64,000 nucleotides of DNA from Myxococcales bacterium (GCA_043747615.1 JAYTOU010000007.1:35606-99605), one strand, 5' to 3'; shown: positions 34,855 through 44,676, numbered from the stretch's first letter. Translations and numbers: made by a program. Notes: generated by a model not told the origin, from the letters alone.

Positions 34855-35739
34855 TCACGACAGCACTTGCCTTCGGTAGAGCTCATCGCACACGCAAAAT
34901 GCAAAAAACCCGACGCTTACCCAGGCGTTGAGATCGAAGAACGCACGGTCGATCTTCGCGAGATTGCCCTTGCCGACGATGGCGTGCTCCCACACGAGAA
35001 GAAGAGCGGTGGTCACCACACCCGCAAAAAACAATGGCCCGCGCGCGAGCGACCACCCTGCGAAAGCGAAGGCGCCAACCGTCACCACATGGGCGAGGGC
35101 GCTGAGCACCAGTGAGGTCTGGAGTCCGAACCGCGCGGGAATGGAGTGCAGACGGTTTGCGCGATCGAAGGACTCGTCTTGCAATGAGTAGAGGACGTCG
35201 AAGCCGAGGAGCCAGAAGAGCACGCCGATCATGAGTGCGACGATCCCCAGGTTCGGAGCAGCACCCATGGCGATCCACGCGCCGCCCGGCGCGAGAGAGA
35301 GCGCGACCCCCAGCCACGCATGCGCCCCCCACGTGAAGCGTTTCGCAAACGAATAGCCGAGGAGGACGACGAGCACGAGGGGAGCGAGAAGGGCAGGCAA
35401 TTTACCAAGGGATGCTGCCGCGGCCAGGAAGAGCGCGCCGGATACCGCGGCGAGGGCCAGCGCTTCGTTCGGCTTCACGTCGCCGCGTGGGACATGGCGA
35501 TCACGGGTGCGCGGATTCATGGCGTCGATGTCGCGATCGATGAAACGGTTGAAGGCCATCGCGCTCGTGCGCGCTCCCACCATGCACGCGAGAAGGGCGA
35601 CGACGCGGAGCACGGTGAGCGGGAGATGCGCTTGGGCATGGGCGAGGACGACGGCGCTCGCTGCAAAGGGGAGCGCGAAGACCGTGTGGGAGAACGCGAC
35701 CAGTTGTCCGTACGAGCGAATTTTTTGAGACGAGATCAT
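34855..35739 (-). CDS. mqnP: UbiA family prenyltransferase (futalosine pathway)
   Basis: HTVFALPF, NRFIDRDIDAMNPRT, YSFAKRFT and FDVLYSLQDESFD; located in the mqn operon. Confidence 0.88.
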   Translation of the reverse strand: MISSQKIRSYGQLVAFSHTVFALPFAASAVVLAHAQAHLPLTVLRVVALLACMVGARTSAMAFNRFIDRDIDAMNPRTRDRHVPRGDVKPNEALALAAVSGALFLAAAASLGKLPALLAPLVLVVLLGYSFAKRFTWGAHAWLGVALSLAPGGAWIAMGAAPNLGIVALMIGVLFWLLGFDVLYSLQDESFDRANRLHSIPARFGLQTSLVLSALAHVVTVGAFAFAGWSLARGPLFFAGVVTTALLLVWEHAIVGKGNLAKIDRAFFDLNAWVSVGFFAFCVCDELYRRQVLS

Positions 35740-36956
35740 CTTCGGGCCTCGATCCAGCGTCTCGGAAGGCGCACATTCCGCAGCAGAAAAGCAGCCGGTT
35801 CATCGATCCGAGCGCCGTCGACGGCGACGATACCCGGACGCGCCCCGCGCCTGATCCGACCAAGCTCATGGCGCCCGAGAGCACGCGCTCCGTTCCAGGT
35901 AGCCATCTGCAGCAGCTCCCGCGCCGGCACGCCGGGGAAGCGATCTCCGAGGGCGCGCGCTTCGGCAAGAACGTCGAGTGATGCGTTGGAGGCCAGCGAG
36001 TCGGTCCCCAAGGCTGCTTCGATTCCAGCGTTGCGCACGTCGAGGAGCGGCGGGCACGCAGTCTCGATGTGAAGATTGGATCGCGGACAGAGGACCACCG
36101 GGGAGCCGCGCTCTGCGATCAGGGCGAGCTCGGCGGGTCGCGCATCCGTGAGATGCACCACGATTACGTGGGACCCGAGCGCACCGAGCGCGTCGGCCTG
36201 CGCCACCGGCGAGAGCATTGGCCAGGCGAGTTGAGACGCACTCATGTTCAGGCGATCCGAGAGCCACGCAGGGACCGTTCCCTCCCCGCGCTCGAGGGCG
36301 GTTCGCTCGGCGGCGTGCTCTGCCAGGTGCAGGCTCGTCGAGACTCCACGTGCGCGCGCGTGCTCGGCGAGACTCCGCACCGCATCGGCATGCGTGGTGT
36401 AAAGCGTGTGCGGGGCGGGGGCGTACGCCAGATCCGTCGTTGGCCACGTGCGCAGAAGCGGCTCGAGCTCTCCCCTCAGCCCTTCCACGCGAGCCATGAT
36501 GGCCGCACGATCGAGGCCGAAAATTTCGTGGAAGATGGATCCCCCGATCTTCGCGCGGGCAAGCGCGCCGACGGCAGCGAGCGAGTTCGTGACCTCGCCG
36601 ACCGCACCGGTTCCATACGCCACTAGCTCGCCCACTGCGCGATCGATGGCCCCGGATTGGTCTGCCTCGGTGGTCGCGCCGCGCGCGCCAATCAGACGCT
36701 CGACCCAAGGGACGAAGCCGGATCCACCGGCAATTTGACCGCGAAGCGCGCTCAGCTCGAGGTGGACGTGCGCGTTGATCAGCGCCGGAAAAATCACACC
36801 GTGCACGCGCTCGATCGTCAGCCCGGCGTGGCGGGGAAGGATCTCGCCTGCCGGCCCAAGGTCTTCGATGGTGCCGTCTGGGGCGAGAATCAGCGCGGCG
36901 TCGGCGAGAGGCGCTTCATCACCGAGGATGGCGTGGTCGCTGTGGATCGCACGCAC
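35736..36956 (-). CDS. Amidohydrolase, probable aminofutalosine deaminase
   Basis: NAHVHLE, APHTLY, HLAE, CPRSN and LGTDS metal-binding motifs; located in the mqn operon. Confidence 0.8.
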   Translation of the reverse strand: MRAIHSDHAILGDEAPLADAALILAPDGTIEDLGPAGEILPRHAGLTIERVHGVIFPALINAHVHLELSALRGQIAGGSGFVPWVERLIGARGATTEADQSGAIDRAVGELVAYGTGAVGEVTNSLAAVGALARAKIGGSIFHEIFGLDRAAIMARVEGLRGELEPLLRTWPTTDLAYAPAPHTLYTTHADAVRSLAEHARARGVSTSLHLAEHAAERTALERGEGTVPAWLSDRLNMSASQLAWPMLSPVAQADALGALGSHVIVVHLTDARPAELALIAERGSPVVLCPRSNLHIETACPPLLDVRNAGIEAALGTDSLASNASLDVLAEARALGDRFPGVPARELLQMATWNGARALGRHELGRIRRGARPGIVAVDGARIDEPAAFLLRNVRLPRRWIEARR

Positions 36957-36960
36957 GGCG

Positions 36961-38877
36961 TCACCCCGTCGCCACCGGAGAGGTGAGCCATTCGTAGTGG
37001 ACGTTGCGGCGCACGGGCTTGAACCCGACGGCGCGGATACGTTCTTCGATTCCCGCGGCATCGATGCAGAACGTCGTGCCCGCGCTGGAGACGACGTTCT
37101 CTTCGAACATTACGCTTCCAAAGTCGTCGGCCCCGAAGCGGAGGGCGACTTGACCGATCTCGGGACCCTGCGTGACCCACGACGCTCCCACGTGCGCGAT
37201 GTTGTCGAGCATCAGTCGCGCCATCGCTTGCTGCCGCAAATAAAGGTGCGTCCCGGTGTCCCCGGCGGCGATGCGCGTTCCCTTCTCGTGCTGATAATCC
37301 CAGCAGAAAAAAGCCGTGAAACCGCCTGTCTCGTCCTGCAGATCGCGGAGCTTCACCAGATGTCCGATTCGATCGCGCGCGGTGTCCGTGGTGCCGTACA
37401 TCATCGTCGCGCTCGAGCGGAGCCCCAGGTGGTGCGCCACCCTCATGACGCCGAGCCAGTCTTCGCTCGTGCACTTGGCCTTCGCGATTTTTCGCCGGAC
37501 GCGGTCGACGAGGATCTCTGCGCCGCCGCCAGGGACGGAGTCGAGCCCCGCCGCGTGAAGTCGCTCGAGGACGCGGGTCACCGACAGACCTTCGATCCGC
37601 GCGATGTGGAGGATCTCCTCGGGAGAGAGCGCATGGAGCCCGAGCCGGTACTCCGATTTCATCCAGCGAAAGAGATCTTCGTACCACTCGAGCCGCAGAT
37701 CGGGATTGAGCCCACCCTGAAGCAGAATCTGTACGCCCCCCGCGTCGACCACTTCCTGAAGCTTTTTTCCAAGCACTTCGCGCGAGAGCACGTACCCCTC
37801 GGGATGACCGACGGGGCGGTAGAACGCGCAGAAGCGACAGCTCGTGGTGCACACGTTCGTGTAATTCACGTTGCGATCGACGATGTAAGTGACCACTCCC
37901 GCGGGATGCTTTCGACGACGCACGGCATCTGCCGCGAGACCGAGATCGAATAGCCCCGCCTCGCCGATGAGGCGCTCGCCTTCCGCGGCGCTCAGACGCT
38001 CTCCTGCCGATGCTCGTGACAGGAGCGTGTCGAGCGAAGGCAGCTTGGCCGGCGCTTTTCGATCCTCGTCGAAGAAGCGCACCGACGCTCGCGGGAGCAG
38101 GCCGCCTTTGCTTGCCTCGTCGAAGAAGAGCTGGAGCCCGCGCCGCTCTTCGTCACCGAAGTCGTAGCGAATCGAGTCTTCGAGATACGAGCGCAAGTCG
38201 GCGGCGTCGAGGCCGGTCTCCCGCGCGTGCGCATCGGCGATCGCGTTGCGATGGCCCATTCCAAGGGTCTTCGCGTCGATGAGGAGCTGCTCGTCAGCCT
38301 CCGAGAGCACACCCGGGCGCCCTCCCCATGCCGCAAAAATAAAGGGAAGACCGGTGTGCTCGAACCACGCTCCGCCGAGATCCAAACGATGCGCGAAGCG
38401 ATTCTCGACCATGAGCGCCGGATCTCCGATCACCAGCGCTCCGGTTTTTTCTCCAATGCCGGCGATCGCCTCCGCCGGCGGACAGGCGTGCAGGCGGGGC
38501 TCCTTCCCATGACGGCGTGAGCGCAGGATGAGTCGCGCGAGGACGACGCTGGTGCGAGACGAAGTGTCGACGAGAAGATCAGTCACCTCGTCGATCGGAC
38601 AGGAGGAGAGCACGACGACGCTACGCACGTTGCCGCGCGCGCCGATCGCGACTCCACGCACGACCCGCGCATCTCCGAGAGAAGCGAGGCCCGCCACCGG
38701 CACTTGCCCGAGGTCGGCTTCATCTTCGGCGACGCGACGAGCCGCCTCACGCGGTGATGCCAGATCGAGACGCACGCGCGCGGACACAGGCTCGCGGTTC
38801 ATTCCTTCGTAAAGCGGCCGGGCGTTCAAGTACCCGACGCCTGCAAGGCGAAGTCGCTCATCTGCCACGGGCTTCAT
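36961..38877 (-). CDS. mqnC: Fusion of chorismate dehydratase (MqnA) and cyclic dehypoxanthine futalosine synthase (MqnC)
   Basis: N-half YLNARPL, VRSV, SSRTS, LVIGDPAL, DLG..W...TGLPFIFAAW (MqnA); C-half DRNVNYTNVCTTSCRFCAF, LLQGG, PGGGAEIL, DFGSVMFEENVV (MqnC); one open frame. Confidence 0.9.
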   Translation of the reverse strand: MKPVADERLRLAGVGYLNARPLYEGMNREPVSARVRLDLASPREAARRVAEDEADLGQVPVAGLASLGDARVVRGVAIGARGNVRSVVVLSSCPIDEVTDLLVDTSSRTSVVLARLILRSRRHGKEPRLHACPPAEAIAGIGEKTGALVIGDPALMVENRFAHRLDLGGAWFEHTGLPFIFAAWGGRPGVLSEADEQLLIDAKTLGMGHRNAIADAHARETGLDAADLRSYLEDSIRYDFGDEERRGLQLFFDEASKGGLLPRASVRFFDEDRKAPAKLPSLDTLLSRASAGERLSAAEGERLIGEAGLFDLGLAADAVRRRKHPAGVVTYIVDRNVNYTNVCTTSCRFCAFYRPVGHPEGYVLSREVLGKKLQEVVDAGGVQILLQGGLNPDLRLEWYEDLFRWMKSEYRLGLHALSPEEILHIARIEGLSVTRVLERLHAAGLDSVPGGGAEILVDRVRRKIAKAKCTSEDWLGVMRVAHHLGLRSSATMMYGTTDTARDRIGHLVKLRDLQDETGGFTAFFCWDYQHEKGTRIAAGDTGTHLYLRQQAMARLMLDNIAHVGASWVTQGPEIGQVALRFGADDFGSVMFEENVVSSAGTTFCIDAAGIEERIRAVGFKPVRRNVHYEWLTSPVATG

Positions 38878-40022
38878 TCGATCACCTGGAGATGGCGTGA
38901 CTGTTTTCGATCGCGAACCTTCATCGACGCTTCGGGGACGGCGTTGGGGGCAATCTCGCGCACCACGTTGTAGAGGGTGTCGCGCTCGATCGGCGTGCGG
39001 CCTGCTTCGCGAATGAGGCGCACGAGCTCGTCGTAACGAAGCCCCTGCGGTGAGGTCGATCCGGCCGCATGGTAGATCGTCTCGTGGACGATGGTTCCGT
39101 CCAGGTCGTCCGCACCGAACGACAGTCCGATTTGCGCGATTTTCGGAGTGAGCGAGACCCAGTACGCCTTGATGTGGGGAACGTTGTCGAGCATCAAGCG
39201 GGAGACGGCGAGCGTTCGCAGCTCGTCGAACGCCGTCGGCGCAGGCAGATTTTTCATCCCGTTTCCATCCGGATGAAACGACAGCGGAATGAAGGCCTGT
39301 AGTCCGCCGGTCTCGTCTTGGAGCGCGCGTAGTCGAAGGAGGTGATCGACGCGATGCTCGAACGTCTCGATGTGCCCAAAGAGCATCGTGGCGTTCGTGC
39401 GCATTCCGAGCTTGTGCGCGACGCGGTGGACTTCGAGGTATTCCTCGCCCGTGGCCTTGTCGTGGGAGATCTTCTTTCGCACGTCGGGGTGAAAGATCTC
39501 GGCTCCTCCGCCGGGAAGGCTGTCGAGGCCGGCCGCGCGGAGGCGAGTCAAGACCTCGAGGTTCGTCATCCCGTAGTGCTGCGCGAAGAAGTGGATCTCC
39601 ACGGCGGTAAAGCACTTCATGTGAACGTCGGGCTTGATGCGCTTGAAGCCGCGTAGGAGCTCCTCGTAGTACGTGAAGGGGAGGCCCGGATGCAGCCCGT
39701 TGACGATGTGGACCTCGCTGGGCGGATCATCCATTCGCTGCTCAAGCTCGGCCCACGCAGCCTCGAGCTTCATGGTGTGAGCGCCGGGCGCACCTTCCTC
39801 GAGCTTGGCGAAGGAGCAAAAGAGGCAAGACGCGACGCACACGTTCGTCACTTCGATCCGCATGTTGCGATTGAAGTACGTGCGGTTTCCGTGGAGGCGC
39901 TCGCGCACTTCGTTGGCGAGCGCGCCGAGCACGAGGAGGTTCGGCTCATGGAAAAGTGCAAGCCCGTCTTCGAAGGTCAGGCGCTGATTTCCTCTTACTT
40001 TTGACTCGATTTCGGTGATCAC
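38874..40022 (-). CDS. mqnE: Aminofutalosine synthase (radical SAM)
   Basis: TNVCVASCLFCSF, EVHIVNGLHP, HMKCFTAVEI, PGGGAEIF, HIKAYW and DDLDGT..HETIYHAAG. Confidence 0.92.
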   Translation of the reverse strand: MITEIESKVRGNQRLTFEDGLALFHEPNLLVLGALANEVRERLHGNRTYFNRNMRIEVTNVCVASCLFCSFAKLEEGAPGAHTMKLEAAWAELEQRMDDPPSEVHIVNGLHPGLPFTYYEELLRGFKRIKPDVHMKCFTAVEIHFFAQHYGMTNLEVLTRLRAAGLDSLPGGGAEIFHPDVRKKISHDKATGEEYLEVHRVAHKLGMRTNATMLFGHIETFEHRVDHLLRLRALQDETGGLQAFIPLSFHPDGNGMKNLPAPTAFDELRTLAVSRLMLDNVPHIKAYWVSLTPKIAQIGLSFGADDLDGTIVHETIYHAAGSTSPQGLRYDELVRLIREAGRTPIERDTLYNVVREIAPNAVPEASMKVRDRKQSRHLQVIE

Positions 40023-40516
40023 GTGGCCTCCTCGATTACGAAGCTCGGGCGCCGTCCGGCCCGCTCGATGAGACCTGCAAGCTCGCTCTGATCGATGCGA
40101 TGGTCGTCCGCCATCGGGAGACGCGACACCCGACGAGAGGCAACGGAGAGCTCGCTCGCTCCGAAACCCAATGCGACCTGCCCGAGCTGGATCCCGCACG
40201 CCGTAGCGTCGACCCGTACGCGTGCCGCCGGAGGACCGGTGATGCGAGCGATGGCCACGGCGCGCAGGAGGGCAAGGCCCTCGGCTCGTACCTCGATGAC
40301 CTCACCGTCGCTCGTGGCTCCAGCGGCGAAGACCCGAACCTCCACCCCCACTTCGAGCTTGCGAATCTCGTCGGCGAGGGCGCCGAGGGCGAGGATATCC
40401 GCGATCTCGAGCACCGGTAAAAGCGCGTGCACCTCCGAAATATTTCCAAGCCGGCGCGCCTCGAAAATTTCTCCGAGGCCTGCCTCGGCAATGGCCGCTG
40501 CCACGAGCGCTTTCAT
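40019..40516 (-). CDS. Small MqnE/MqnC-like protein lacking the radical-SAM core
   Basis: DILALGALADEIR, LRAVAIARI, QVALGFGA and ELAGLIERAGRRP mirror the termini of MqnE/MqnC; no CxxxCxxC; start and stop overlap both neighbours. Confidence 0.7.
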   Translation of the reverse strand: MKALVAAAIAEAGLGEIFEARRLGNISEVHALLPVLEIADILALGALADEIRKLEVGVEVRVFAAGATSDGEVIEVRAEGLALLRAVAIARITGPPAARVRVDATACGIQLGQVALGFGASELSVASRRVSRLPMADDHRIDQSELAGLIERAGRRPSFVIEEAT

Positions 40517-41085
40517 CGATCGCCCCAGCGGTGAGCGAGATCGTTCGCAATGCCGAGGTGATCGAGGACCCGTCCGACGACACCGTCCACGGCATCTTCC
40601 AGGGTCTTTGGCTTTCCGTAAAACGACGGCATTGCCGGAAAAATCACTGCGCCGGCCCGGGCTAGCGCCGTCAGATTTTCGAGGTGGATGAGGCTGAGCG
40701 GGCTCTCCCGCGGGACGATGACCAGGGTCCGCTTCTCCTTGAGCATCACATCGGCTGCGCGCGTGAGGAGCGAATCGGAGATGCCGTGGGCGATCCGCGC
40801 CGCCGTCCCCATCGAGCAGGGGATCACCACCATCGCATGCCAGCCTGCGCTGCCGCTGGCGAAGGGCGCCTTGTAGTCGCGACCAGACCACACCGGCAGA
40901 GTGATCTCGTCGAGCAGATTTCCGCCGCACTCGAGAGCCCAAACCTCCGGCGCCGTCGGTGAGAGGCACACGCCAACTTCGATGTCTTCGCCCGTTCGCG
41001 CTCGCTCCGCCAGGTAAGACAGGAGACGCTTCGCATACGGCGCCCCACTTGCTCCGGTCACCGCGACGACGATCTTGCGTCTCAC
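40513..41085 (-). CDS. ubiX: Flavin prenyltransferase
   Basis: VAVTGASG, FASGS, PCSMGT, RAADVMLKE, PRESP and PSFY. Confidence 0.95.
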   Translation of the reverse strand: MRRKIVVAVTGASGAPYAKRLLSYLAERARTGEDIEVGVCLSPTAPEVWALECGGNLLDEITLPVWSGRDYKAPFASGSAGWHAMVVIPCSMGTAARIAHGISDSLLTRAADVMLKEKRTLVIVPRESPLSLIHLENLTALARAGAVIFPAMPSFYGKPKTLEDAVDGVVGRVLDHLGIANDLAHRWGDR

Positions 41086-41813
41086 TTTTTCTCCGCCCTC
41101 ACGATCGAGGCCACTCCAAAGGTCAGATCGCTACCGTGAACGGCCGTGAATCCGCCGCGGCAGAGCATGTCTTCGTAGTCGGCGCGAGCGACGAATTCCT
41201 TCACGCTGGTCGCGAGGTAAGCATAGGCCTCACGATCCCCAGAGACTTTCCCGCCGACCGTCGGCAGGACATGGCTTGCGTAAGCCGCGTGAAAAAAGCG
41301 GGTCGCCGCGCGCACCGGGCGAAAGAACTCGAGGGTCACGAAGATGCCACCGGGAGCGAGCACCCGTCGGACCTCTTCGATCCCGCGTGGGAGGTCTGCG
41401 AGGTTGCGCATGCCGAAGCCGCAGATGACGGCGGTGAACTCCCCGTCTGCGAACGGGAGCGCGAGCGCATCGGCGACCACGACCTCTGCGGTCGGAGCCT
41501 TCACGCGCCCTGCTTCGAGCATCTTCGCCGCGAAGTCCGCCGCCACTACCCGTGAGCGGGGGCGCGCACGAACGAGCATCGCCGTCAGGTCCATCGTCCC
41601 TGCACACAGGTCGAGGGCCGCTCCCTCCGGTGCTCCGGCGAGAAAGGCGATTGCCCGCGCCCGCCACGCCCGGTCGATCCCGGCCGACATGACCCGGTTC
41701 AGCACGTCGTACGTAGGTGCAATCCGATCGAACATCGCCTTGACGCTGTCCGACCGTTCCTCCGCCGAAGGCCCTGTTTTCCCGTGCGGCATGGCAACTC
41801 CCATATCTTTCAA
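41082..41813 (-). CDS. menG: Demethylmenaquinone methyltransferase (UbiE/MenG)
   Basis: MFDRIAPTYDVLNRVMS.GID..WR, DLCAGT, FGMRN and AYAYL; start uncertain. Confidence 0.9.
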   Translation of the reverse strand: MKDMGVAMPHGKTGPSAEERSDSVKAMFDRIAPTYDVLNRVMSAGIDRAWRARAIAFLAGAPEGAALDLCAGTMDLTAMLVRARPRSRVVAADFAAKMLEAGRVKAPTAEVVVADALALPFADGEFTAVICGFGMRNLADLPRGIEEVRRVLAPGGIFVTLEFFRPVRAATRFFHAAYASHVLPTVGGKVSGDREAYAYLATSVKEFVARADYEDMLCRGGFTAVHGSDLTFGVASIVRAEKK

Positions 41814-41899
41814 ATTAATCTGAAGGATGCAGAAGTTCTAGATGCAGGTCGCCGATCCGTCAAGGCGCCGAGGCCACGCAGAGGTGGTACTACGAGCGC

Positions 41900-42394
41900 A
41901 TGAAACCCGGCGAGCATCCTGAGTTCTTCCGTTTTCCCGCGCCCGAGGGGCGCTCGCGTGAGAGCACGATCTGCCTCGACCGCGACGGACACTTCTTCCA
42001 CGACAACGAGCCCGTCGAGCACCCAAAGCTCGCGGCCGCGATGCACACGTGGATCTCGCGCCACCCCGACGACGGTCGCTACATCCTGACCAACGGCTAC
42101 GACTGGACGTACTTCTGCGTCGAGGACGTCCCCTACTTCGTGCGCTCGGTCCGCATTGAGGAGGATGCCATCGTTCTCACCTTGAGCGACGCCACCGAAG
42201 AGTCCTGGGACGCGAGCGGCTCGGAGACGCGCGGCGATGCTCTCTACACGATGGTCAAGAAGGACAAACCGGGCGGACCGTTCGAGGCCAAGTTCACGCG
42301 GCACGCGCAAACGGCGCTAGCTCCGGTCCTCGTCGACGACGGTGGTAAACCCGCTGTTCGGCTGAAGAAGAAGACGATTCGAATCGGCGATTGA
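41900..42394 (+). CDS. Hypothetical protein (possibly DUF1285-like)
   Basis: LDRDGHFFHDNEPVEH, VEDVPYFV and EAKFTR. Confidence 0.6.
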   Translation: MKPGEHPEFFRFPAPEGRSRESTICLDRDGHFFHDNEPVEHPKLAAAMHTWISRHPDDGRYILTNGYDWTYFCVEDVPYFVRSVRIEEDAIVLTLSDATEESWDASGSETRGDALYTMVKKDKPGGPFEAKFTRHAQTALAPVLVDDGGKPAVRLKKKTIRIGD

Positions 42395-42422
42395 CCGCGA
42401 CCGGAGTACGATTGCAGCACCG

Positions 42423-43643
42423 ATGCGCCTTCTCATTGCCGATAAGCTGCACCCCCGCGCCATTGAAGAGCTTCGCGCGCTTCCCATCGAAGTCGTCTAC
42501 GAGCCGGAGCTCACGAAGGAGTCACTCCAGTCGAAGCTCCCAGGGGTGGGTGTGCTCGTCGTGCGCTCCACCGAGGTCACCGCGGCGGCTATCGAGAAAG
42601 CGCGCACCCTCCACCTGATCGTTCGTGCCGGGGCGAGCTTCACCACGATCGACGTTCGGGCTGCGAGCGCGCGCGGCGTCTACGTCGCGAACTGTCCTGG
42701 GAAAAACGCGTCAGCTGTCTCCGAGCTCGTCTTCGGCCTGATGATCTGCATCGACCGTCGCATTCCCGATGGCCTCTTCTCGCTCCGATCGCAGAAGTGG
42801 GAGCGGCTCGAGTACGGCAAAGCGGAAGGCCTCCACGGCAAGACGCTCGGCATCGTCGGCGTCGGCGCGATCGGGAAAGACATCGCCATGCGGGCGAAGG
42901 CTTTTGGCCTCAGCGTGATCGGGTGGAGCCGCTCGCTCACTCCGTCGCGCGCCGCCGATCTGGGAATCGGATATGCGTCGAGCCTCGAGGACTTGGCGGC
43001 CCGCTCGCAGATCCTGAGCGTGCATTTGGCCCTGAATGACCGCACCCGCGGCATCATCGGGAAGAAGGTCTTCGACGCGCTTCCCCCGCACGCCATCTTC
43101 ATCAACGCAGCGCGAGCCGATCTCGTCGACTACCCTGCGATGCGCGAAGCGGTCGTCACCCGCGGCCTTCGCGTTGGTCTCGACGTGGTGCCCGACGAGC
43201 CGAAGGGCAAGACCGAATATCCGAACGAGCTCTTCGCCGGACCGGCATCGGCCACGGGCGGTTTCATCTACGGCACGCCGCACGTCGCGGCATCGACCGA
43301 TCAAGCGCAGCTAGCGATCGCCACGGAGACGGTGCGCGTGATCCGCTCGTTCCTCCTCGAGGGAAACGTGCCCAACGTCGTCAACGTGTCGAATTCGATC
43401 GCCAAGTTTCAGGTGGTCATTCGCATGCTCGACAAGGTGGGGACGTTTGCGAACGTGCTCAACGTCATCAAGCGCCACGGCATCAACGTCGAGGAGGTGG
43501 CTAACACCATCTTCGAGGGAGGCGCCGCATCGTGCGCCAAGCTGCGCGTCGTGAGCCGACCGAGCGAAGCATGCCTCCAAGAAATCAGGGCCTTCGACGA
43601 GGTCCTTCAGGTGGACGTCGTCACCCTTCCCAACCTCGCGTGA
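42423..43643 (+). CDS. serA: D-3-phosphoglycerate dehydrogenase-like protein with C-terminal ACT domain
   Basis: VRST, NCPGKN, GKTLGIVGVGAIG, INAAR and TPHVAAST; ACT-like C-terminus. Confidence 0.85.
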   Translation: MRLLIADKLHPRAIEELRALPIEVVYEPELTKESLQSKLPGVGVLVVRSTEVTAAAIEKARTLHLIVRAGASFTTIDVRAASARGVYVANCPGKNASAVSELVFGLMICIDRRIPDGLFSLRSQKWERLEYGKAEGLHGKTLGIVGVGAIGKDIAMRAKAFGLSVIGWSRSLTPSRAADLGIGYASSLEDLAARSQILSVHLALNDRTRGIIGKKVFDALPPHAIFINAARADLVDYPAMREAVVTRGLRVGLDVVPDEPKGKTEYPNELFAGPASATGGFIYGTPHVAASTDQAQLAIATETVRVIRSFLLEGNVPNVVNVSNSIAKFQVVIRMLDKVGTFANVLNVIKRHGINVEEVANTIFEGGAASCAKLRVVSRPSEACLQEIRAFDEVLQVDVVTLPNLA

Positions 43644-43653
43644 TCTAGAAAAT

Positions 43654-44268
43654 ATGGGGACGGGCGTGCAGCGTTTCTTCTTCGCGGGGGCGCTTCTCGT
43701 GGGAGGAGCTTCGCTCGGCTGCACGCCGGCCGCAGGTGCGCGAAGCGACGGCGGCGACTCGAAGAGCTCCGATGCAACGGCGGCTATCGCGGATGCTGCC
43801 GCTTCGTCCGTGGCCGTAGCAGCGGTCGATGCCGGGCCCGCGGACGATGGGCTCCCCTCTTCGATGTCGCCGGATCTTCCGGTTCGCGGAAGGCACCTCC
43901 TCGAAGCCATCGCGCGAGACAATGCCGAGCTGGCGATGGACATCGTCTTCCCGCGAGACGCGTTTGCCGCCGCCCGCGATCTTCCAGACCCCGCAAAAGC
44001 CTGGGAAAAGAAGCTTTTTTCCGCGTTCGAGAAGGACGTCCACACGATGAGCAAGCGGATGAAGGGCGCCGATCACGCGCAGGAAATCTCCTTCGAGCTT
44101 GGTCACTCGGTCACCCAGATCGCTCCGAAAAAGAGGGACTGGAAGAAGCCGTTGTGGCGCGTAAAGCACTCCAAGCTGACCTTCACCCTCGACGGAAAGA
44201 CGCAGCGAATCGAGATCGCAGAGATGACCTCGTACCGCGGCGCTTGGTACATCACCAAGCTTCGCTGA
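43654..44268 (+). CDS. Putative lipoprotein of unknown function
   Basis: FFFAGALLVGGASLGC lipobox; Ala/Ser/Asp linker. Confidence 0.7.
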   Translation: MGTGVQRFFFAGALLVGGASLGCTPAAGARSDGGDSKSSDATAAIADAAASSVAVAAVDAGPADDGLPSSMSPDLPVRGRHLLEAIARDNAELAMDIVFPRDAFAAARDLPDPAKAWEKKLFSAFEKDVHTMSKRMKGADHAQEISFELGHSVTQIAPKKRDWKKPLWRVKHSKLTFTLDGKTQRIEIAEMTSYRGAWYITKLR

Positions 44269-44274
44269 GGAAAA

Positions 44275-44658
44275 CTACTTTCCTCGATTGAGCTCTTCGA
44301 TGTGAACTTCGTCGAGGAGATCCTGGATGCGGGTCAGCTTGTCTTGGCCGACGTCGTAGAAAAACTTGAGCTCGGGAGCGAAGCGGAGGGCCAGGCTCTT
44401 GGTCACGGTTTGCCGGAGCATTCCTGCCGCGCGCCCTAGCCCCTCGATGAGCAAGTCTCTCTTCTTGGCGTCCTCGCCGCCTTCGAGGAGACGCACGTAA
44501 ATTCGGGCGCTCCGAAGATCGTCGGTGACTTCGACGCGCGAGACGATGGCGCCGACCACCCGCGGGTCGCGCACCTTGCGGCTTAGGATCTTCGCGAGCT
44601 CTTCGCGAATCCGCTCCCCTACCCGCGTCCCCCGTTTGACGTCACCGGCCTTGGCCAC
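44275..44658 (-). CDS. rbfA: Ribosome-binding factor A
   Basis: RDPR, VEVTDDLRSA and LRFAPELKFFYD; follows infB. Confidence 0.95.
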   Translation of the reverse strand: MAKAGDVKRGTRVGERIREELAKILSRKVRDPRVVGAIVSRVEVTDDLRSARIYVRLLEGGEDAKKRDLLIEGLGRAAGMLRQTVTKSLALRFAPELKFFYDVGQDKLTRIQDLLDEVHIEELNRGK

Positions 44659-44676
44659 GTTGATCTCCAGCGCGAA

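Noticed and set aside
38878..39615. N-terminal extension of the 884-aa ORF over mqnE
   Set aside because: Out-of-frame overlap with mqnE; the real start is ATG 38877, overlapping the mqnE stop
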